Below, piece after piece: positions 17,617 through 27,745 of a stretch of DNA of 64,000 bases (its first letter is position 1; each line of letters opens with the position of its first letter). Below the pieces are notes generated by a model that was given only the letters and a program-made list of their open reading frames with translations, was not told where the DNA came from and did no database searches. Source of the DNA: Acidobacteriota bacterium. GTDB taxonomy: Bacteria; Acidobacteriota; Thermoanaerobaculia; Multivoradales; JAGPDF01. A program made the position numbers and the translations under genes. The stretch is from assembly GCA_039933785.1 (NCBI GenBank), contig JBDTNL010000001.1, forward strand, positions 69,397 through 133,396, given 5' to 3'.

Positions 17617-19182
17617 ATGGCCGACGTCAATCTCATGGGAGCGGCGCTGCTTGCAGCGGCGGCGTTGCTTTTCCTTGCCTGGTGGCTATTCGCCCGCCGC
17701 GCCGCCAGGCAGTTGCTCGCTTCGGCGCGTAGACAGGCCGAGAAAACCGGCGAGGAAGCCCAGCGCGACGCGCAAGCCAAGCTCAAGGAAGCTGATCTAG
17801 CCGCCAAGGAGAAGCAGCTCCAGGCGCAGACCGAGTTCGACAAGGCCTCGCGCCAGCACCGCCAGGAGCTCGAGCAGGTCGAGCGTCGCCTGACCCAGAA
17901 GGAAGACACGCTCGACAAGCGGCTCGACCAGCTCAGCCAGAAGGAAAAAGACCTCTCGGGGCGCGAGAAGACCGTGCAAACACGCGAGAAGGACGCGGAG
18001 TCGAAGGTCGCCGAGCTGGACACTCTGGCAGCGCAGCAGCGCCAGAAGCTCGAGCAGATCGCCGGCCTCACCGGTCAGCAGGCCAAGGACGAGCTCATCC
18101 GCGGGATGGAAAACGAGGCGCGCATGGAAGCCGCGCACATCGTGAAGCGGATCGAGGACGAGGCGCGCGAGAACGCCGGCAAGCAGGCCCAGCGCATCAT
18201 CGGCATGGCGGTGCAACGCTCGGCGTCGGACTACATCTCGGAGACCACGGTCTCGGTGGTCATGCTGCCCAGCGACGAGATGAAGGGCCGCATCATCGGC
18301 CGCGAGGGTCGCAACATCCGCGCCCTCGAAATGGCGACCGGCGTCGACCTGATCGTCGACGACACCCCCGAGGCGGTGATCCTTTCCGGCTTCGACCCAT
18401 TCCGGCGCGAGATTGCTCGCGTGTCGCTCGAACGCCTGATCGGCGACGGGCGCATCCATCCGGCGCGCATCGAGGAGATCGTCGAGAAGGTGAAGGCCGA
18501 GTTCGATCAGAAGATCCTCGCCGAAGGCGAAGCGGCTCTCCTCGAGCTCCGCATCCCGAACATCCATCCCGAGCTGGTGAAGCTCCTCGGACGCCTGCGC
18601 TACCGAACGTCCTACGGCCAGAACGTCCTTCAGCACAGCAAGGAAGTCGCGTTCCTGGCCGGCGCCATGGCGGCCGAGCTCAAGGTCAACGTGCACGTGG
18701 CGCGGCGCGCCGGCATCCTGCACGACATCGGCAAGGCGATCGATCGCGAGATGGACGGCACGCATTTGCAGATCGGCATCGACCTGCTGCGCAAGTACGG
18801 CGAGACCGAGGAAGTCGTGCACGGCATGGCCTGCCATCACGGGGACTACGACCCGCAGACCGTCGAAGCCGTGCTGGTCACTGCCGCCGATGCGTTGTCG
18901 GCGGCGCGCCCTGGCGCCCGGCGCGAGATCCTCGAGACCTACGTCAAGCGCCTGGAGAAGCTCGAGGAGATCGCTTCGAGCTTCAAGGGCGTGCAGAAAA
19001 CGTTCGCCATTCAAGCGGGACGCGAGATTCGCATCATCGTCGACAGCAACAAACTGAGCGACGAGGAATCGCTCTGGCTGTCGAAGGACATCGCGAAGAA
19101 GATCGAGTCCGAGCTCACGTACCCCGGGCAGATCCGCGTCACGGTAATTCGCGAAACCCGCTCCGTCGAGTACGCCCGGTGA
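17617..19182 (+). CDS. rny: Ribonuclease Y (N-terminal TM helix, coiled coil, KH, HD domains)
   Basis: [25 protein letters not shown] (TM), a long KEAD/Q-rich coiled coil, KH (…[27 protein letters not shown]…) and HD (…[48 protein letters not shown]…). GGGAGGAG SD before ATG 17617. Start could also be ATG 17635. Confidence 0.85.
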   Translation: MADVNLMGAALLAAAALLFLAWWLFARRAARQLLASARRQAEKTGEEAQRDAQAKLKEADLAAKEKQLQAQTEFDKASRQHRQELEQVERRLTQKEDTLDKRLDQLSQKEKDLSGREKTVQTREKDAESKVAELDTLAAQQRQKLEQIAGLTGQQAKDELIRGMENEARMEAAHIVKRIEDEARENAGKQAQRIIGMAVQRSASDYISETTVSVVMLPSDEMKGRIIGREGRNIRALEMATGVDLIVDDTPEAVILSGFDPFRREIARVSLERLIGDGRIHPARIEEIVEKVKAEFDQKILAEGEAALLELRIPNIHPELVKLLGRLRYRTSYGQNVLQHSKEVAFLAGAMAAELKVNVHVARRAGILHDIGKAIDREMDGTHLQIGIDLLRKYGETEEVVHGMACHHGDYDPQTVEAVLVTAADALSAARPGARREILETYVKRLEKLEEIASSFKGVQKTFAIQAGREIRIIVDSNKLSDEESLWLSKDIAKKIESELTYPGQIRVTVIRETRSVEYAR

Positions 19183-19255
19183 TTCCGCGCCGGTGCCATG
19201 GGCGCGCCGAATGGCCTGCGCTTGCGATCAGCAGTCGCGCGCGTGAGCGTGCGAC

Positions 19256-20044
19256 ATGAAGTTACTCTTCGTTGGCGACATCATCGGCAAGCCCGGCCGG
19301 CAGGCGCTTCATGCCCTGCTCCCCGGCCTGGTCGATCGCCATCGCGCCGACTACGTCGTAGTGAACGTCGAGAACGCCGCCGGCGGATTCGGGGTGACGC
19401 CCGATGTGCTCGCGGAGCTCGCCGATCTGCCGATCAACGCCTACACCACCGGCAACCACGTCTGGGACAAGAAGGAAGGCGTGGAGATGATGCAGTTCGA
19501 GCCCCGCCTGCTGCGCCCGGCGAACTACCCGGCCAAGAATCCGGGCAAGGGCGTGCATGTGGGCGAGACCGCGTCGGGCATTCCGGTGGCGACGATCAAC
19601 CTCGAGGGCCAGGTGTTCATGAAGAACCTGGACTCGCCGTTCGTCGTCGCGGACCGGCTGCTGGCCGAGCTCGACAAGAAGGTGAAAGTGGTGATGGTCG
19701 ATTTTCACGCCGAAGCGACGAGCGAGAAACAGGCCCTGGCCTGGTACCTCGACGGCCGCGTGAGCGCCGTGCTCGGCACGCATACGCATGTGCCGACGGC
19801 CGACGAGCGAGTGTTGCCGGGCGGAACCGCGCTGGTGACCGACGTTGGCATGACCGGACCGTACGAATCGGTCATCGGCTTTCGCCACGACAAGGTTCTG
19901 CAGCGTTTCCTGCTGCAGACGCCAGTAGGCTTCGAAGTCGCGAAGCGCGACGTGCGTTTGGCCGCGGCGGTCATCGACATCGACGAGACCACGGGCAAGG
20001 CGCGCGGCGTCGAGCGCATGCTCGTGCCGCACGAAAGCCGCTAG
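19256..20044 (+). CDS. ymdB: YmdB-family metallophosphoesterase (2',3'-cyclic-nucleotide phosphodiesterase, TIGR00282-like)
   Basis: MKLLFVGDIIGKPGRQAL…VVNVENAAGGFGVTPDV…TTGNHVWDKKE…DFHAEATSEK…GTHTHVPTADERVLPGGTALVTDVGMTGPYESVIG. Conserved rny-ymdB gene pair. Confidence 0.8.
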   Translation: MKLLFVGDIIGKPGRQALHALLPGLVDRHRADYVVVNVENAAGGFGVTPDVLAELADLPINAYTTGNHVWDKKEGVEMMQFEPRLLRPANYPAKNPGKGVHVGETASGIPVATINLEGQVFMKNLDSPFVVADRLLAELDKKVKVVMVDFHAEATSEKQALAWYLDGRVSAVLGTHTHVPTADERVLPGGTALVTDVGMTGPYESVIGFRHDKVLQRFLLQTPVGFEVAKRDVRLAAAVIDIDETTGKARGVERMLVPHESR

Positions 20045-20062
20045 CTCGAGGTCCGTTCGATC

Positions 20063-20947
20063 ATGAACCTGTCGCCCCGCCTGCAAGCCCTGCGCGCCGC
20101 GTCCGGCCGGCTGCCGGTGTCGGTGATCATCACCACGCTCAACGAGGAAGTGAACATCCGCGAGTGCCTGGAGTCGGCGGCGTGGGCGGACGAGATCCTG
20201 CTGGTCGATTCGTTCTCGAGCGATCGCACGCTCCAGATCGCGCGCGAGTTCCAATCGCCGGTGCCGTTCACGATTCTCGAGCGCGAGTATTTCGGCTCGG
20301 CGGCGCAGAAGAACTGGTCGATGGACAGGGTGAAGCACGATTGGGTGTTGATCATCGACGCCGACGAGCGCGTGCCGGAGGACCTGGCGGCCGAGATCCT
20401 GACCATTCTCGGCGCGGCGCCGCCGGTGAACGGCTACTTCATCCGGCGCGAGAATGTCTTCATCGACAAGATCATTCGCCACTCGGGCTGGTCGACCGAC
20501 AAGGTGGTGCGCCTGTTTCGGCGCGATCGCGGGAGGTATCCCAATCGGCGGGTGCACGCCGATCTCGAGATCGACGGCATGGCGCCGACCATGAAGCACG
20601 CCATGCTGCACTACACGTTCCGGTCGTTCGATCAGTACTTCCGCAAGTTCATCAACTACGCCGAGTGGGGCGCCGCGCAGGCGTACCGCGATGGGCGGAA
20701 GGCGGGGTTCTTCGAGGTGGCGCTTCGTCCGCTTTGGCGATTCGTCCGCATGTACGTGCTGCAGCTCGGTTTCCTCGACGGCATCCACGGTTTGGTGGTC
20801 TGCGGCCTGCAGGCGTTCGGCACGTTCCTGAAGTACGCTCGCGTCTGGGAGTACCGCATCCGCGCCAAGCGCGGCGAAGAGATCGTGTTGCCGGCGTTCG
20901 ACGACGACGCCAAGACCTGGCAGAAGCCGGGCGGCGACGCGAGATAG
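20063..20947 (+). CDS. Glycosyltransferase family 2 (GT-A fold)
   Basis: VSVIITTLNEEVNIRECLESAAWADEILLVDSFSSDRTLQIAREF…DWVLIIDADERVPEDLAAEI (DxD). 294 aa. Confidence 0.75.
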   Translation: MNLSPRLQALRAASGRLPVSVIITTLNEEVNIRECLESAAWADEILLVDSFSSDRTLQIAREFQSPVPFTILEREYFGSAAQKNWSMDRVKHDWVLIIDADERVPEDLAAEILTILGAAPPVNGYFIRRENVFIDKIIRHSGWSTDKVVRLFRRDRGRYPNRRVHADLEIDGMAPTMKHAMLHYTFRSFDQYFRKFINYAEWGAAQAYRDGRKAGFFEVALRPLWRFVRMYVLQLGFLDGIHGLVVCGLQAFGTFLKYARVWEYRIRAKRGEEIVLPAFDDDAKTWQKPGGDAR

Positions 20948-21697
20948 TCAGGCCCGAGCCGCGCGCCGGCGCGGACCGTATCGACCGAGCATGCCCTTGC
21001 AGCGGACCCCGAGCACTTCCCAGGCCATGCGGATGGAGTCCGTGATCGGGCTCACCCGGCTGTTGGCGCGGTAGTACCAGTCGATCGGAATCTCGATGAT
21101 GCGATACCCGCGGTGGCGGGCGATGAAGAGGATCTCGACATCGAAGGCCCAGCCCTCGTCGGTCTGCGAGCGGAAGAGATCGAGCGCCGCCTCGCGTCGG
21201 AAGCACTTGAATCCGCATTGCGTGTCCTGCAGGCCCGGCACGGCGAGAACCTTCACCAGCAGATTGAACACGCGACCCATCAGGTGGCGGTAGGCGGGCT
21301 CTTCGAAACGATGCGCTCCGGGAGCCTCACGGCTGCCGATGGCGACGTCGTAAGCACTCGCTTGTGGCGGCAGGAATTTGGCGATCTCCTCGATGGGCAT
21401 CGAGAAGTCGGCGTCGGCGACGAAGACGAACTCGCCCAGCGACTGGAGGACGCCCGTGCGCACAGCGGCGCCCTTGCCTTGGCGAGGCTCGTCGATCACG
21501 CGTAGGAAGGGATGCTCCACGGCGACCGCGAGGCCGATCTCTCGCGTGCGATCCCGACTGTTGTTATTGACCAGCAGGACTTCGCAGGCGAAGGACTGCG
21601 CGCGCACCCAGTCGACGACCTGAGGCAGCGTCTCGGGCAGCCGTTCGCCCTCGTTGTACGCCGGGATGACCAGACTCAGATGTGGCGCTGCGGACAC
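20948..21697 (-). CDS. GT2 polyprenol-phosphate glycosyltransferase (dolichyl-phosphate mannose synthase DPM1-like)
   Basis: MSAAPHLSLVIPAYNEGERLPETLPQVVDWVRAQSFACEVLLVNNNSRDRTREIGLAVAVEHPFLRVIDEPRQGKGAAVRTGVLQSLGEFVFVADADFSMP. 249 aa, soluble, DPM1/PpgS-like. Confidence 0.7.
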   Translation of the reverse strand: MSAAPHLSLVIPAYNEGERLPETLPQVVDWVRAQSFACEVLLVNNNSRDRTREIGLAVAVEHPFLRVIDEPRQGKGAAVRTGVLQSLGEFVFVADADFSMPIEEIAKFLPPQASAYDVAIGSREAPGAHRFEEPAYRHLMGRVFNLLVKVLAVPGLQDTQCGFKCFRREAALDLFRSQTDEGWAFDVEILFIARHRGYRIIEIPIDWYYRANSRVSPITDSIRMAWEVLGVRCKGMLGRYGPRRRAARA

Positions 21698-21706
21698 GCT
21701 TGCGGC

Positions 21707-23551
21707 CTAGATGTAGCCCAGAGACTTGAGCTTTTCGAGCTCTTCCTTGTTCAGCCCGCTCTTGGCGCCGGGTGCGTGCGGACTGGCCCAGAGACCGTCG
21801 TACGTCGGAATGCTGCGCCTCGGATGGGCCGCGAGGAACGCGGGATCGACGATCGGGTCGAGTACCTGTCCGGCGGCGTCCGCGGGGATAGGCAGACCGA
21901 GCAGGTAGAGCACGGTCGGGAAGATGTCGTAGATCGATCCGCTCGCGAGCTTCTCCCCGGCGCGGATAGGGCCGCCGCAGGCAAGGAAAATCCCCGGCGG
22001 CCCGTGGCGATGCTGGGAGTAGTAGCTCTGGTGAAGGATGGTCGGGGAGTGCCCGTGATCGGAGACCACGAGCAGCACGGTCTTCTCCGGTGCCTGATCG
22101 ACCCGTTGGAGGAGCTTGCCGAGGTAGGCATCGAAGCTCTTGTAGCGCTTGGGGATCTCGCCGCCCCATTGCGCCAAGTCGGCGGCGTGTACGTTCAAGA
22201 AGAGCTCGGGCTGGTACCACTTCCAGAACCAGTGCTGCACGCTGTCGGGCTCGTGCGTGTACATGTTGAGGAAGCGCGGCTGCGGACGGTCCGAGAGCAG
22301 CTGCAGCACGGCGGCCGACTGCCACTCGAAGTCGGGCTTCTCCAGGAATGGCTTGATCTCGCGCAGCACATCGTCGGGCTGAACGAAGAGCTTGCTGTCG
22401 GAGAGTTTGGCGCTGCCGGGCTCATGGATGAGCTTGCTGTAGAAGAGATCGGTGCCGTAGGAGACGAAGTAGCCGCCGGGTGTGCTCATGGGCAGCGCCG
22501 GAAACGAGTAGTAAAAGCCATCGACTACGCCGATCGAGATGCCGTAGTGGTCGAGAATCTCCCAGAGCGGTAGAGCGTGCAACTCGCCGCGCGACATCGT
22601 GGTGCGTTCGGCGAGGCCGAAGGGAGCCAGCGCCTCGGCGATTTCCTTGAAGAACGTCCGATGGACGGGGAAAACACCGGCTCCGGCCATGCCGGGCAGC
22701 TGGATACGGTAAAAGTCGAGGACGCCGTGCACTTCCGGGCGCATGCCCGAGAAGATCGAAGCCCAGATCACGGCGGAGTTCGAGTCCTTGATCGTGGGCA
22801 GCGGGCCGCTGGTGCCGCGGCGCATGATCTCGGCGAAGTTCGGCAACTCGCCCTTGTCGATCATGGGTTGCATCACGCGCCAGTCGGCGCCGTCGAGGTC
22901 GACCATCATGACGCTGAGGTCGGTGGCCTCTGGGGTGATCGGGATTGCTGCCGGTCTGACGACCTTGGCTTTGCCTTCTGGAACTCCACGGAGCACCGAA
23001 ACGCCGTGCGCGGCGAGGAACGCGATCAGGACCGCGGTGAAGACGGCGCGAGATGCGCCTCTCACGAGCGCGAAGAGCAGCAGCGTGAGGAGGAGGACGC
23101 CGGCGGCGATGACCAACCCGTAGGCCGCGAGGAACGCGAGCATTCCCCAGACGGAGTGCAGGGTTCCGAAGGGGTAGTGGTCGTAGGTCAGGCCGTGGAG
23201 GAAGAAGAGCTCCCAGAAGATCAGGTTAAATCCCAGGAGACCCCACCAGCGGGGATCGCAGTGTCGCGCGTGCTCGGGGTCGAGCGCGCGGCGCCTGGCC
23301 ACCAACGCGGGGAGGAAGCCGAGGGCGAACATGGCGGCCATCCAGGCCCCGAAGGCGGCGCCGCACCAGAGCCACAGCACCAGGGTGTCGCGGGCGCTGT
23401 CGAGTCGGTTGTGTAGCGCGTGGGCGAGTGAGATGGCGGAGCCATACGTTGCCGCTCCGGTCAGGAAGCCGGAGCGCAGTGTCGAGAGCAATGAGCGATT
23501 GGGCATGTTTGGGTGGCGAAGCCTTGCGGCGGGCCGTGGGCACGATAGCAA
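21707..23551 (-). CDS. Membrane-anchored alkaline-phosphatase-superfamily enzyme, type I phosphodiesterase/nucleotide pyrophosphatase (NPP, PF01663-like) domain with N-terminal multi-TM region
   Basis: ~5 N-terminal hydrophobic helices (…LVLWLWCGAAFGAWMAAMFALGFLPALVA…LTLLLFALV…). Then MMVDLDGADWRVMQPMIDKGELPNFAEIMRRGTSGPLPTIKDSNSAVIWASIFSGMRPEVHGV and …LLVVSDHGHSP. Start may be ATG 23506 rather than 23551. Confidence 0.6.
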   Translation of the reverse strand: MLSCPRPAARLRHPNMPNRSLLSTLRSGFLTGAATYGSAISLAHALHNRLDSARDTLVLWLWCGAAFGAWMAAMFALGFLPALVARRRALDPEHARHCDPRWWGLLGFNLIFWELFFLHGLTYDHYPFGTLHSVWGMLAFLAAYGLVIAAGVLLLTLLLFALVRGASRAVFTAVLIAFLAAHGVSVLRGVPEGKAKVVRPAAIPITPEATDLSVMMVDLDGADWRVMQPMIDKGELPNFAEIMRRGTSGPLPTIKDSNSAVIWASIFSGMRPEVHGVLDFYRIQLPGMAGAGVFPVHRTFFKEIAEALAPFGLAERTTMSRGELHALPLWEILDHYGISIGVVDGFYYSFPALPMSTPGGYFVSYGTDLFYSKLIHEPGSAKLSDSKLFVQPDDVLREIKPFLEKPDFEWQSAAVLQLLSDRPQPRFLNMYTHEPDSVQHWFWKWYQPELFLNVHAADLAQWGGEIPKRYKSFDAYLGKLLQRVDQAPEKTVLLVVSDHGHSPTILHQSYYSQHRHGPPGIFLACGGPIRAGEKLASGSIYDIFPTVLYLLGLPIPADAAGQVLDPIVDPAFLAAHPRRSIPTYDGLWASPHAPGAKSGLNKEELEKLKSLGYI

Positions 23552-23590
23552 GCGGTTTGGTGGGGCTCAAGCGACTAGAATTCCTTTTGA

Positions 23591-24778
23591 ATGCCTCCAG
23601 CGCCTCGCCTTCGGGTTTTGTTGGTCTCCAATACGTTTCCGCCGGCCGATATTTCGGGGGTTGGAACGTTGGTGGCCGAGTTGCTCGGTGGGTTGCGGGC
23701 GGCTGGGCATTCCGCGACGGCGCTGGTTCGGGTGGCGCCGAATGGCGTGGCTTGGGTGATGGCGACGGGGGGGGCGAAGTTGTTGTTTCCGCTCCGCGCG
23801 GCGTTGGCGGTGAGTCACGCTGCGGGGACTGAGCCCTTCGACGTCGTGCACGTGCACGAGTCGGATGGAATCCTGGTCATCCTGCGTCAGCGTCTGGCCC
23901 GGCTCCTTGGGCGGCCGAGCGGGCGGGCTCGGATCGTGGCGACGTTGCAGGTGTCCTATCGCCGGGAGCGGTTGGCGGTTCGGCCGGTTCGCGATGGCGA
24001 ACGGGTCGTTTCGCGGCCGGTTGCGAGTGAGTGGATGTTCAAGGTGTTGCGGGCTCCGTTGCATGCGCTTCTCGGGCGGCTCACGGTCGCGCTCGCCGAT
24101 GCGGTGGTGGCGCCTAGCGAGGCAACTGCGAGGGAGCTCGAGGAGGACTACGGCGCTCGCGGCGTGGTGGTGATTCCGAATGGGATCGCTCTTCCCGGGG
24201 CTGGCGAGGAATCGCCGCGCCGGTCGACGACTGGGGAGACCGTTCTTTTCGTCGGTCGACTACGGACGCGCAAGGCGGTGGCAGTACTTCTCGAGGCTTT
24301 TGCGCGGGTTGGTCGCGAGCGGCCTCTGGCTCGTCTGGTCGTCCTTGGGGACGGCGAACAGCGGGCGGCGCTCGAGGCGCAGTGCGCTCGGCTCGGACTT
24401 GGTGAGCACGTGCTCCTGGCGGGCGCGGTGGCGCGGGCGGAGACGGCCCGTTGGCTGCGGGAGGCCGATGTCTTCTGTTTGCCATCGACCTACGAGGGCT
24501 TTCCTTTGGCGATTCTCGAAGCGATGGCGCAGGCCTTGCCGGTGGTGGCAACGCGCGTCGCAGGCGTGCCCGAGGCGATCGAGGATGGGGCGAGTGGGCT
24601 GCTGGTCGATTCCGAGGATGGCAGCGGCCTCGCTGCGGCGTTGATCGATCTGCTGGGCGATCCGGCGCGGCGCCAAGCGTTCGGCGCCCGCGGGCGGGTG
24701 CTGCTCGGGGAGCGCTTCGCGATCGGCGCTATCTGCGCGCGCTACGTGGAGCTTTTCGGCCGCTTGGCGGCGCGATGA
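23591..24778 (+). CDS. Glycosyltransferase family 4 (GT-B, RfaG-like)
   Basis: …LLVSNTFPPADISGVGT…FDVVHVHESDG… and the C-terminal E-x7-E motif region FCLPSTYEGFPLAILEAMAQALPVVATRVAGVPEAIEDGASGLLVD. Confidence 0.8.
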   Translation: MPPAPRLRVLLVSNTFPPADISGVGTLVAELLGGLRAAGHSATALVRVAPNGVAWVMATGGAKLLFPLRAALAVSHAAGTEPFDVVHVHESDGILVILRQRLARLLGRPSGRARIVATLQVSYRRERLAVRPVRDGERVVSRPVASEWMFKVLRAPLHALLGRLTVALADAVVAPSEATARELEEDYGARGVVVIPNGIALPGAGEESPRRSTTGETVLFVGRLRTRKAVAVLLEAFARVGRERPLARLVVLGDGEQRAALEAQCARLGLGEHVLLAGAVARAETARWLREADVFCLPSTYEGFPLAILEAMAQALPVVATRVAGVPEAIEDGASGLLVDSEDGSGLAAALIDLLGDPARRQAFGARGRVLLGERFAIGAICARYVELFGRLAAR

Positions 24779-26517
24779 ACCTGCCGGCTACGTCCTGGAT
24801 GGAGCGCTTGGGCCGCGTGGTGCTCGGCGGTCTGTTGATGGCGACTTTGGTCGGTGCGCTGCGCTTGGACCGCACACAGCGGGCGCTGGTGGGGGACGAG
24901 GCGACGTTCGCCATGCAGGCGGAGAGTCTCGCGTTCGACTTCGACCTGCGGTACACGCGAGCCGACTACGACCGTTTCGTGGCGACCTGGCAGCGGCCGC
25001 CCGATGGATTGATCCTGCAGACGACCGATGGCGGAAAGACGCTGACCTACGGCAAGCCGGCGCTCTATGCGCTGGCGATCGCGCCGTTCGTTCGCCTCAG
25101 CCCCTTGCGCGGTGCGCAGGTTGGGAACCTGTTGTTCCTGGCGCTCGCGGCGTGGTTGGTGGCGCGTGCGCTGCGGCCGGTGGTTGGAGCCGCGATTCCG
25201 TGGTGGGTTGCCTGCTGGATCTTCGCCTCGGTGAGCTTTGCGTATGTGACGTGGGAGCACGCCGAGGTCTTCCTGCTGGCGGCGACGGCGAGTGGCTTTG
25301 CCTTGGTGTACGGCGTCGGGGAGGACGAGGACCAGCCTGCGCGTGGATTGCCGTGCCGCTTTGCGCTTGCCGGTGCGTTGATCGCAGTGGTCGGAGCGAG
25401 TCGCATTTTCTATCTGGCGCTCTTGGCCCCTCTGTGGCTCGCGATTCCGCGGCCGCGAGTTGGCGCGCGGCGGGCGGCATTGATCGGCGGCGCTCTGCTG
25501 GTCCTGACGATCTCGGGCCTGGGGCGCATCGCGGCGGGTGGAGACTGGAGCGGGTACGGTGCCGAGCGCCGGGGCTTCTATCCACGCACCGGGTATCCGG
25601 AGGTCGACTTTCCTGCGAGTGAGTGGCCGCAGGTGTTGGCGAAGTTGGGCAATACCTCCTGGACGCAAGAGGGTGCCATTTCGTGGAATCGCAGTCCGCG
25701 ACTGTGGGCGTGGGACAGCTGGTACTTCCTAGTCGGGCGCGATATCGGAGTGCTGCCGTACTTCCTCCCCTTGTTGCTGGGAGTGTTCGCGTTTCGTCGA
25801 GATCGTGGGCGCTGGGCGATTCCGCTGGCCGTTCTCCTCGCGATGAGCTGTTTCCTCCTGGTGCGCCCGCACAACTTCTTCGGCGGGGTGGGCGCGATCG
25901 GCGATCGCTATTTCTTGCCGCTGTATCCGGCGCTGTGGTTTCTCGCCGGGCGCGCGGGCAGGGTGCGCTCGGCGATCGCTTGCGCGGTGCTCGCGGCGCC
26001 GTTTTTGTGGACGCTGTGGCGCGCGCCGACGATGTTTCCCGTCGCCGCCAGCGGACGCTACGCCTATGTTTCACCCGCGGCGGAAGCGCTTCTCCCCTAC
26101 GAGACTTCGCTGAGTCACCTCCCGGGGGGCGAGGACGTGGCGCAGAACGGACTCTGGTTTCGTTTCGTGAACGACGCCGTGGGCCGCGAGGCCGAGAGGC
26201 CCTGGCTTCGCGCCGGTTCGACAGGCGAGATTCTGATCGGCAGTCCGGCGCCGCTGGCGGAGGTGCGGATCGATTTTCGACCGGAAGTTCCGGCAACCTT
26301 GGAGGTCTCTGGCGCCCGGCTGGTGTCTGTTCCGGGTGGTCCGGCGGGCGAATTCGTAGTGGCGTTCGACCGGGCTTCCGCGCGGCATCCCATGTGGTGG
26401 ACGGCCGACGACTACTACTTGTATCGACTACGACTCAAGGTTCCACCGACCGCGCGCCTCGCGGCGCAAGTGCCGTTCAGGATTTCGCCGGCAATCGGCG
26501 ACCCGGCTCCTAATTGA
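24775..26517 (+). CDS. Polytopic membrane glycosyltransferase, GT-C fold (PMT/ArnT-like) with C-terminal periplasmic domain
   Basis: ATGA overlap with the upstream GT4. ~11 predicted TM helices. Early extracytoplasmic loop carries an acidic motif (…RALVGDEATFAMQAE…) like the DE/DD motif of GT-C enzymes. ~170-aa soluble C-terminal domain. Confidence 0.55.
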   Translation: MNLPATSWMERLGRVVLGGLLMATLVGALRLDRTQRALVGDEATFAMQAESLAFDFDLRYTRADYDRFVATWQRPPDGLILQTTDGGKTLTYGKPALYALAIAPFVRLSPLRGAQVGNLLFLALAAWLVARALRPVVGAAIPWWVACWIFASVSFAYVTWEHAEVFLLAATASGFALVYGVGEDEDQPARGLPCRFALAGALIAVVGASRIFYLALLAPLWLAIPRPRVGARRAALIGGALLVLTISGLGRIAAGGDWSGYGAERRGFYPRTGYPEVDFPASEWPQVLAKLGNTSWTQEGAISWNRSPRLWAWDSWYFLVGRDIGVLPYFLPLLLGVFAFRRDRGRWAIPLAVLLAMSCFLLVRPHNFFGGVGAIGDRYFLPLYPALWFLAGRAGRVRSAIACAVLAAPFLWTLWRAPTMFPVAASGRYAYVSPAAEALLPYETSLSHLPGGEDVAQNGLWFRFVNDAVGREAERPWLRAGSTGEILIGSPAPLAEVRIDFRPEVPATLEVSGARLVSVPGGPAGEFVVAFDRASARHPMWWTADDYYLYRLRLKVPPTARLAAQVPFRISPAIGDPAPN

Positions 26518-27742
26518 AGGCCGGCAGTACCGCGAGATACGCCGCGCGATAGCGCCCGACGACGGCATCCCAGGTCAGTTCCGCCACCGCTTTGGATCGA
26601 CCGCGCTCGCCCATGCGACGGCGCTCCTCCGGGTTGGCGATCAGTCGATCGAGCGCGACCAGTAGGTCGGAATTCGAACCTTCGGCAACGAGGAGTCCGC
26701 TCCTCTCGTGCTCGACCGCGAGCGGCACGCCGGAGATTCCGCTCGCGACCACGGGCAGGCCGCTTGCCATGGCTTCGAGGATGACATTGGGCAGGCCGTC
26801 GACGTTGCCCTTGGCGTCGTGCACGGCGGGAAGGACGAAGATGTCCGCGGCGCGGTACAGGTCCGGCAGGGTGTCGCGCTGCACCGAGCCGGGGAAGTGC
26901 ACTCTGTCGCTCCAGGTCTTGGTGGCTTCGCGGAACTCGGGTTCTCGATCGCCGCCCCCAGCCAGAACGAGGTGCGCGTCGAGATGTTTTGCGAACAGAG
27001 CGGGCAACGCTTCGATGAGAACCTGAAATCCCTTCTTGGTCGCCATGCGTCCGACGCCGAGCAGGAGCGGTGCGTTCGCGGGTACCCCGAGACGTTGGCG
27101 CCAGAGCTCGCGCCGCGCGGCGTCCGGTGAGAATGCCTCGGTGTCGACGCCGTAGGGAATGGTTTGCGCTCCACGGGCCGCCAGACTCTCCGGAGCCAGG
27201 CGCTGCACTCGCTGGACGAGCTCGGGAGAGCAACCGGTGAGCAGGGCGGCCCGGCGCAGGGCTCGCCTCGAGACAGCGCGGAGCAGGGGTTTCTCGGCCA
27301 GGAAGACGTCGGAACCGTGGAGGCCGATCGCCAAGGGAACGCAACCTGTGGCGCCAGCGACGCTCACCGCGTTCGGCACGATCCAGTGCGCCTGCACGAG
27401 ATCGGGGCGGCGCTCACGGATTGCACGCTTGACGGCTCGGCGCGCCGACCAGGCGTAGAGTGGGGCGACCGCGCCCGCCTTGCCCTTGATGGTTTCGTCC
27501 TTTTGCAGGCTGCGGCCATAGCCGAGGACTTCCCAGCTCTCGGGCGCGTAGCGAAACGTTTCGAGCTCGACGCCGTGCTCGCTCCAGCGTTCCCTGAGCC
27601 CGCGCGCGTGCGGCGCGAGCACGCGCACGCGGTCGCCGCGGCGCACGAGGCCGCGCGCCAGGTCGCGAATGAAGGGGCCGGCGGTGTCGTCTTCGCTCTG
27701 CGGGAAGGTCTGGGTGAGGAAGAGCAAGTCGAGTGGCCGCAT
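26510..27742 (-). CDS. Glycosyltransferase family 4 (GT-B)
   Basis: MRPLDLLFLTQTFPQSEDDTAGPFIRDLA… and …DIFVLPAVHDAKGNVDGLPNVILEAMASGLPVVASGISGVPLAVEHERSGLLVAEG. Confidence 0.8.
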   Translation of the reverse strand: MRPLDLLFLTQTFPQSEDDTAGPFIRDLARGLVRRGDRVRVLAPHARGLRERWSEHGVELETFRYAPESWEVLGYGRSLQKDETIKGKAGAVAPLYAWSARRAVKRAIRERRPDLVQAHWIVPNAVSVAGATGCVPLAIGLHGSDVFLAEKPLLRAVSRRALRRAALLTGCSPELVQRVQRLAPESLAARGAQTIPYGVDTEAFSPDAARRELWRQRLGVPANAPLLLGVGRMATKKGFQVLIEALPALFAKHLDAHLVLAGGGDREPEFREATKTWSDRVHFPGSVQRDTLPDLYRAADIFVLPAVHDAKGNVDGLPNVILEAMASGLPVVASGISGVPLAVEHERSGLLVAEGSNSDLLVALDRLIANPEERRRMGERGRSKAVAELTWDAVVGRYRAAYLAVLPAFN

Positions 27743-27745
27743 GGA

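Noticed and set aside
17797-19014. 405-aa minus ORF antisense to rny
   Set aside because: rny domains are clear on the plus strand. The antisense product is Leu/Ala/Asp repeats.
19183-19255. Possible terminator hairpin gccat-N11-atggc after rny
   Set aside because: 5-bp stem without a U-tract. Too weak to call.
19198-21045. 615-aa plus ORF and 508-aa minus ORF (19262..20788) overlapping ymdB/GT2
   Set aside because: Alternative frames are Arg/Gly/Pro-rich without motifs. ymdB and GT2 frames carry canonical motifs.
24451-24774. Upstream extension of the GT-C gene (track start 24451)
   Set aside because: Overlaps the GT4 C-terminus in another frame. ATG 24775 gives an ATGA-coupled start directly before the first TM helix.
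24742-26296. Minus-strand ORFs (308 and 399 aa) inside the GT-C gene
   Set aside because: Arg/Pro/Ser-rich shadow frames. The plus frame shows consistent TM-helix periodicity.
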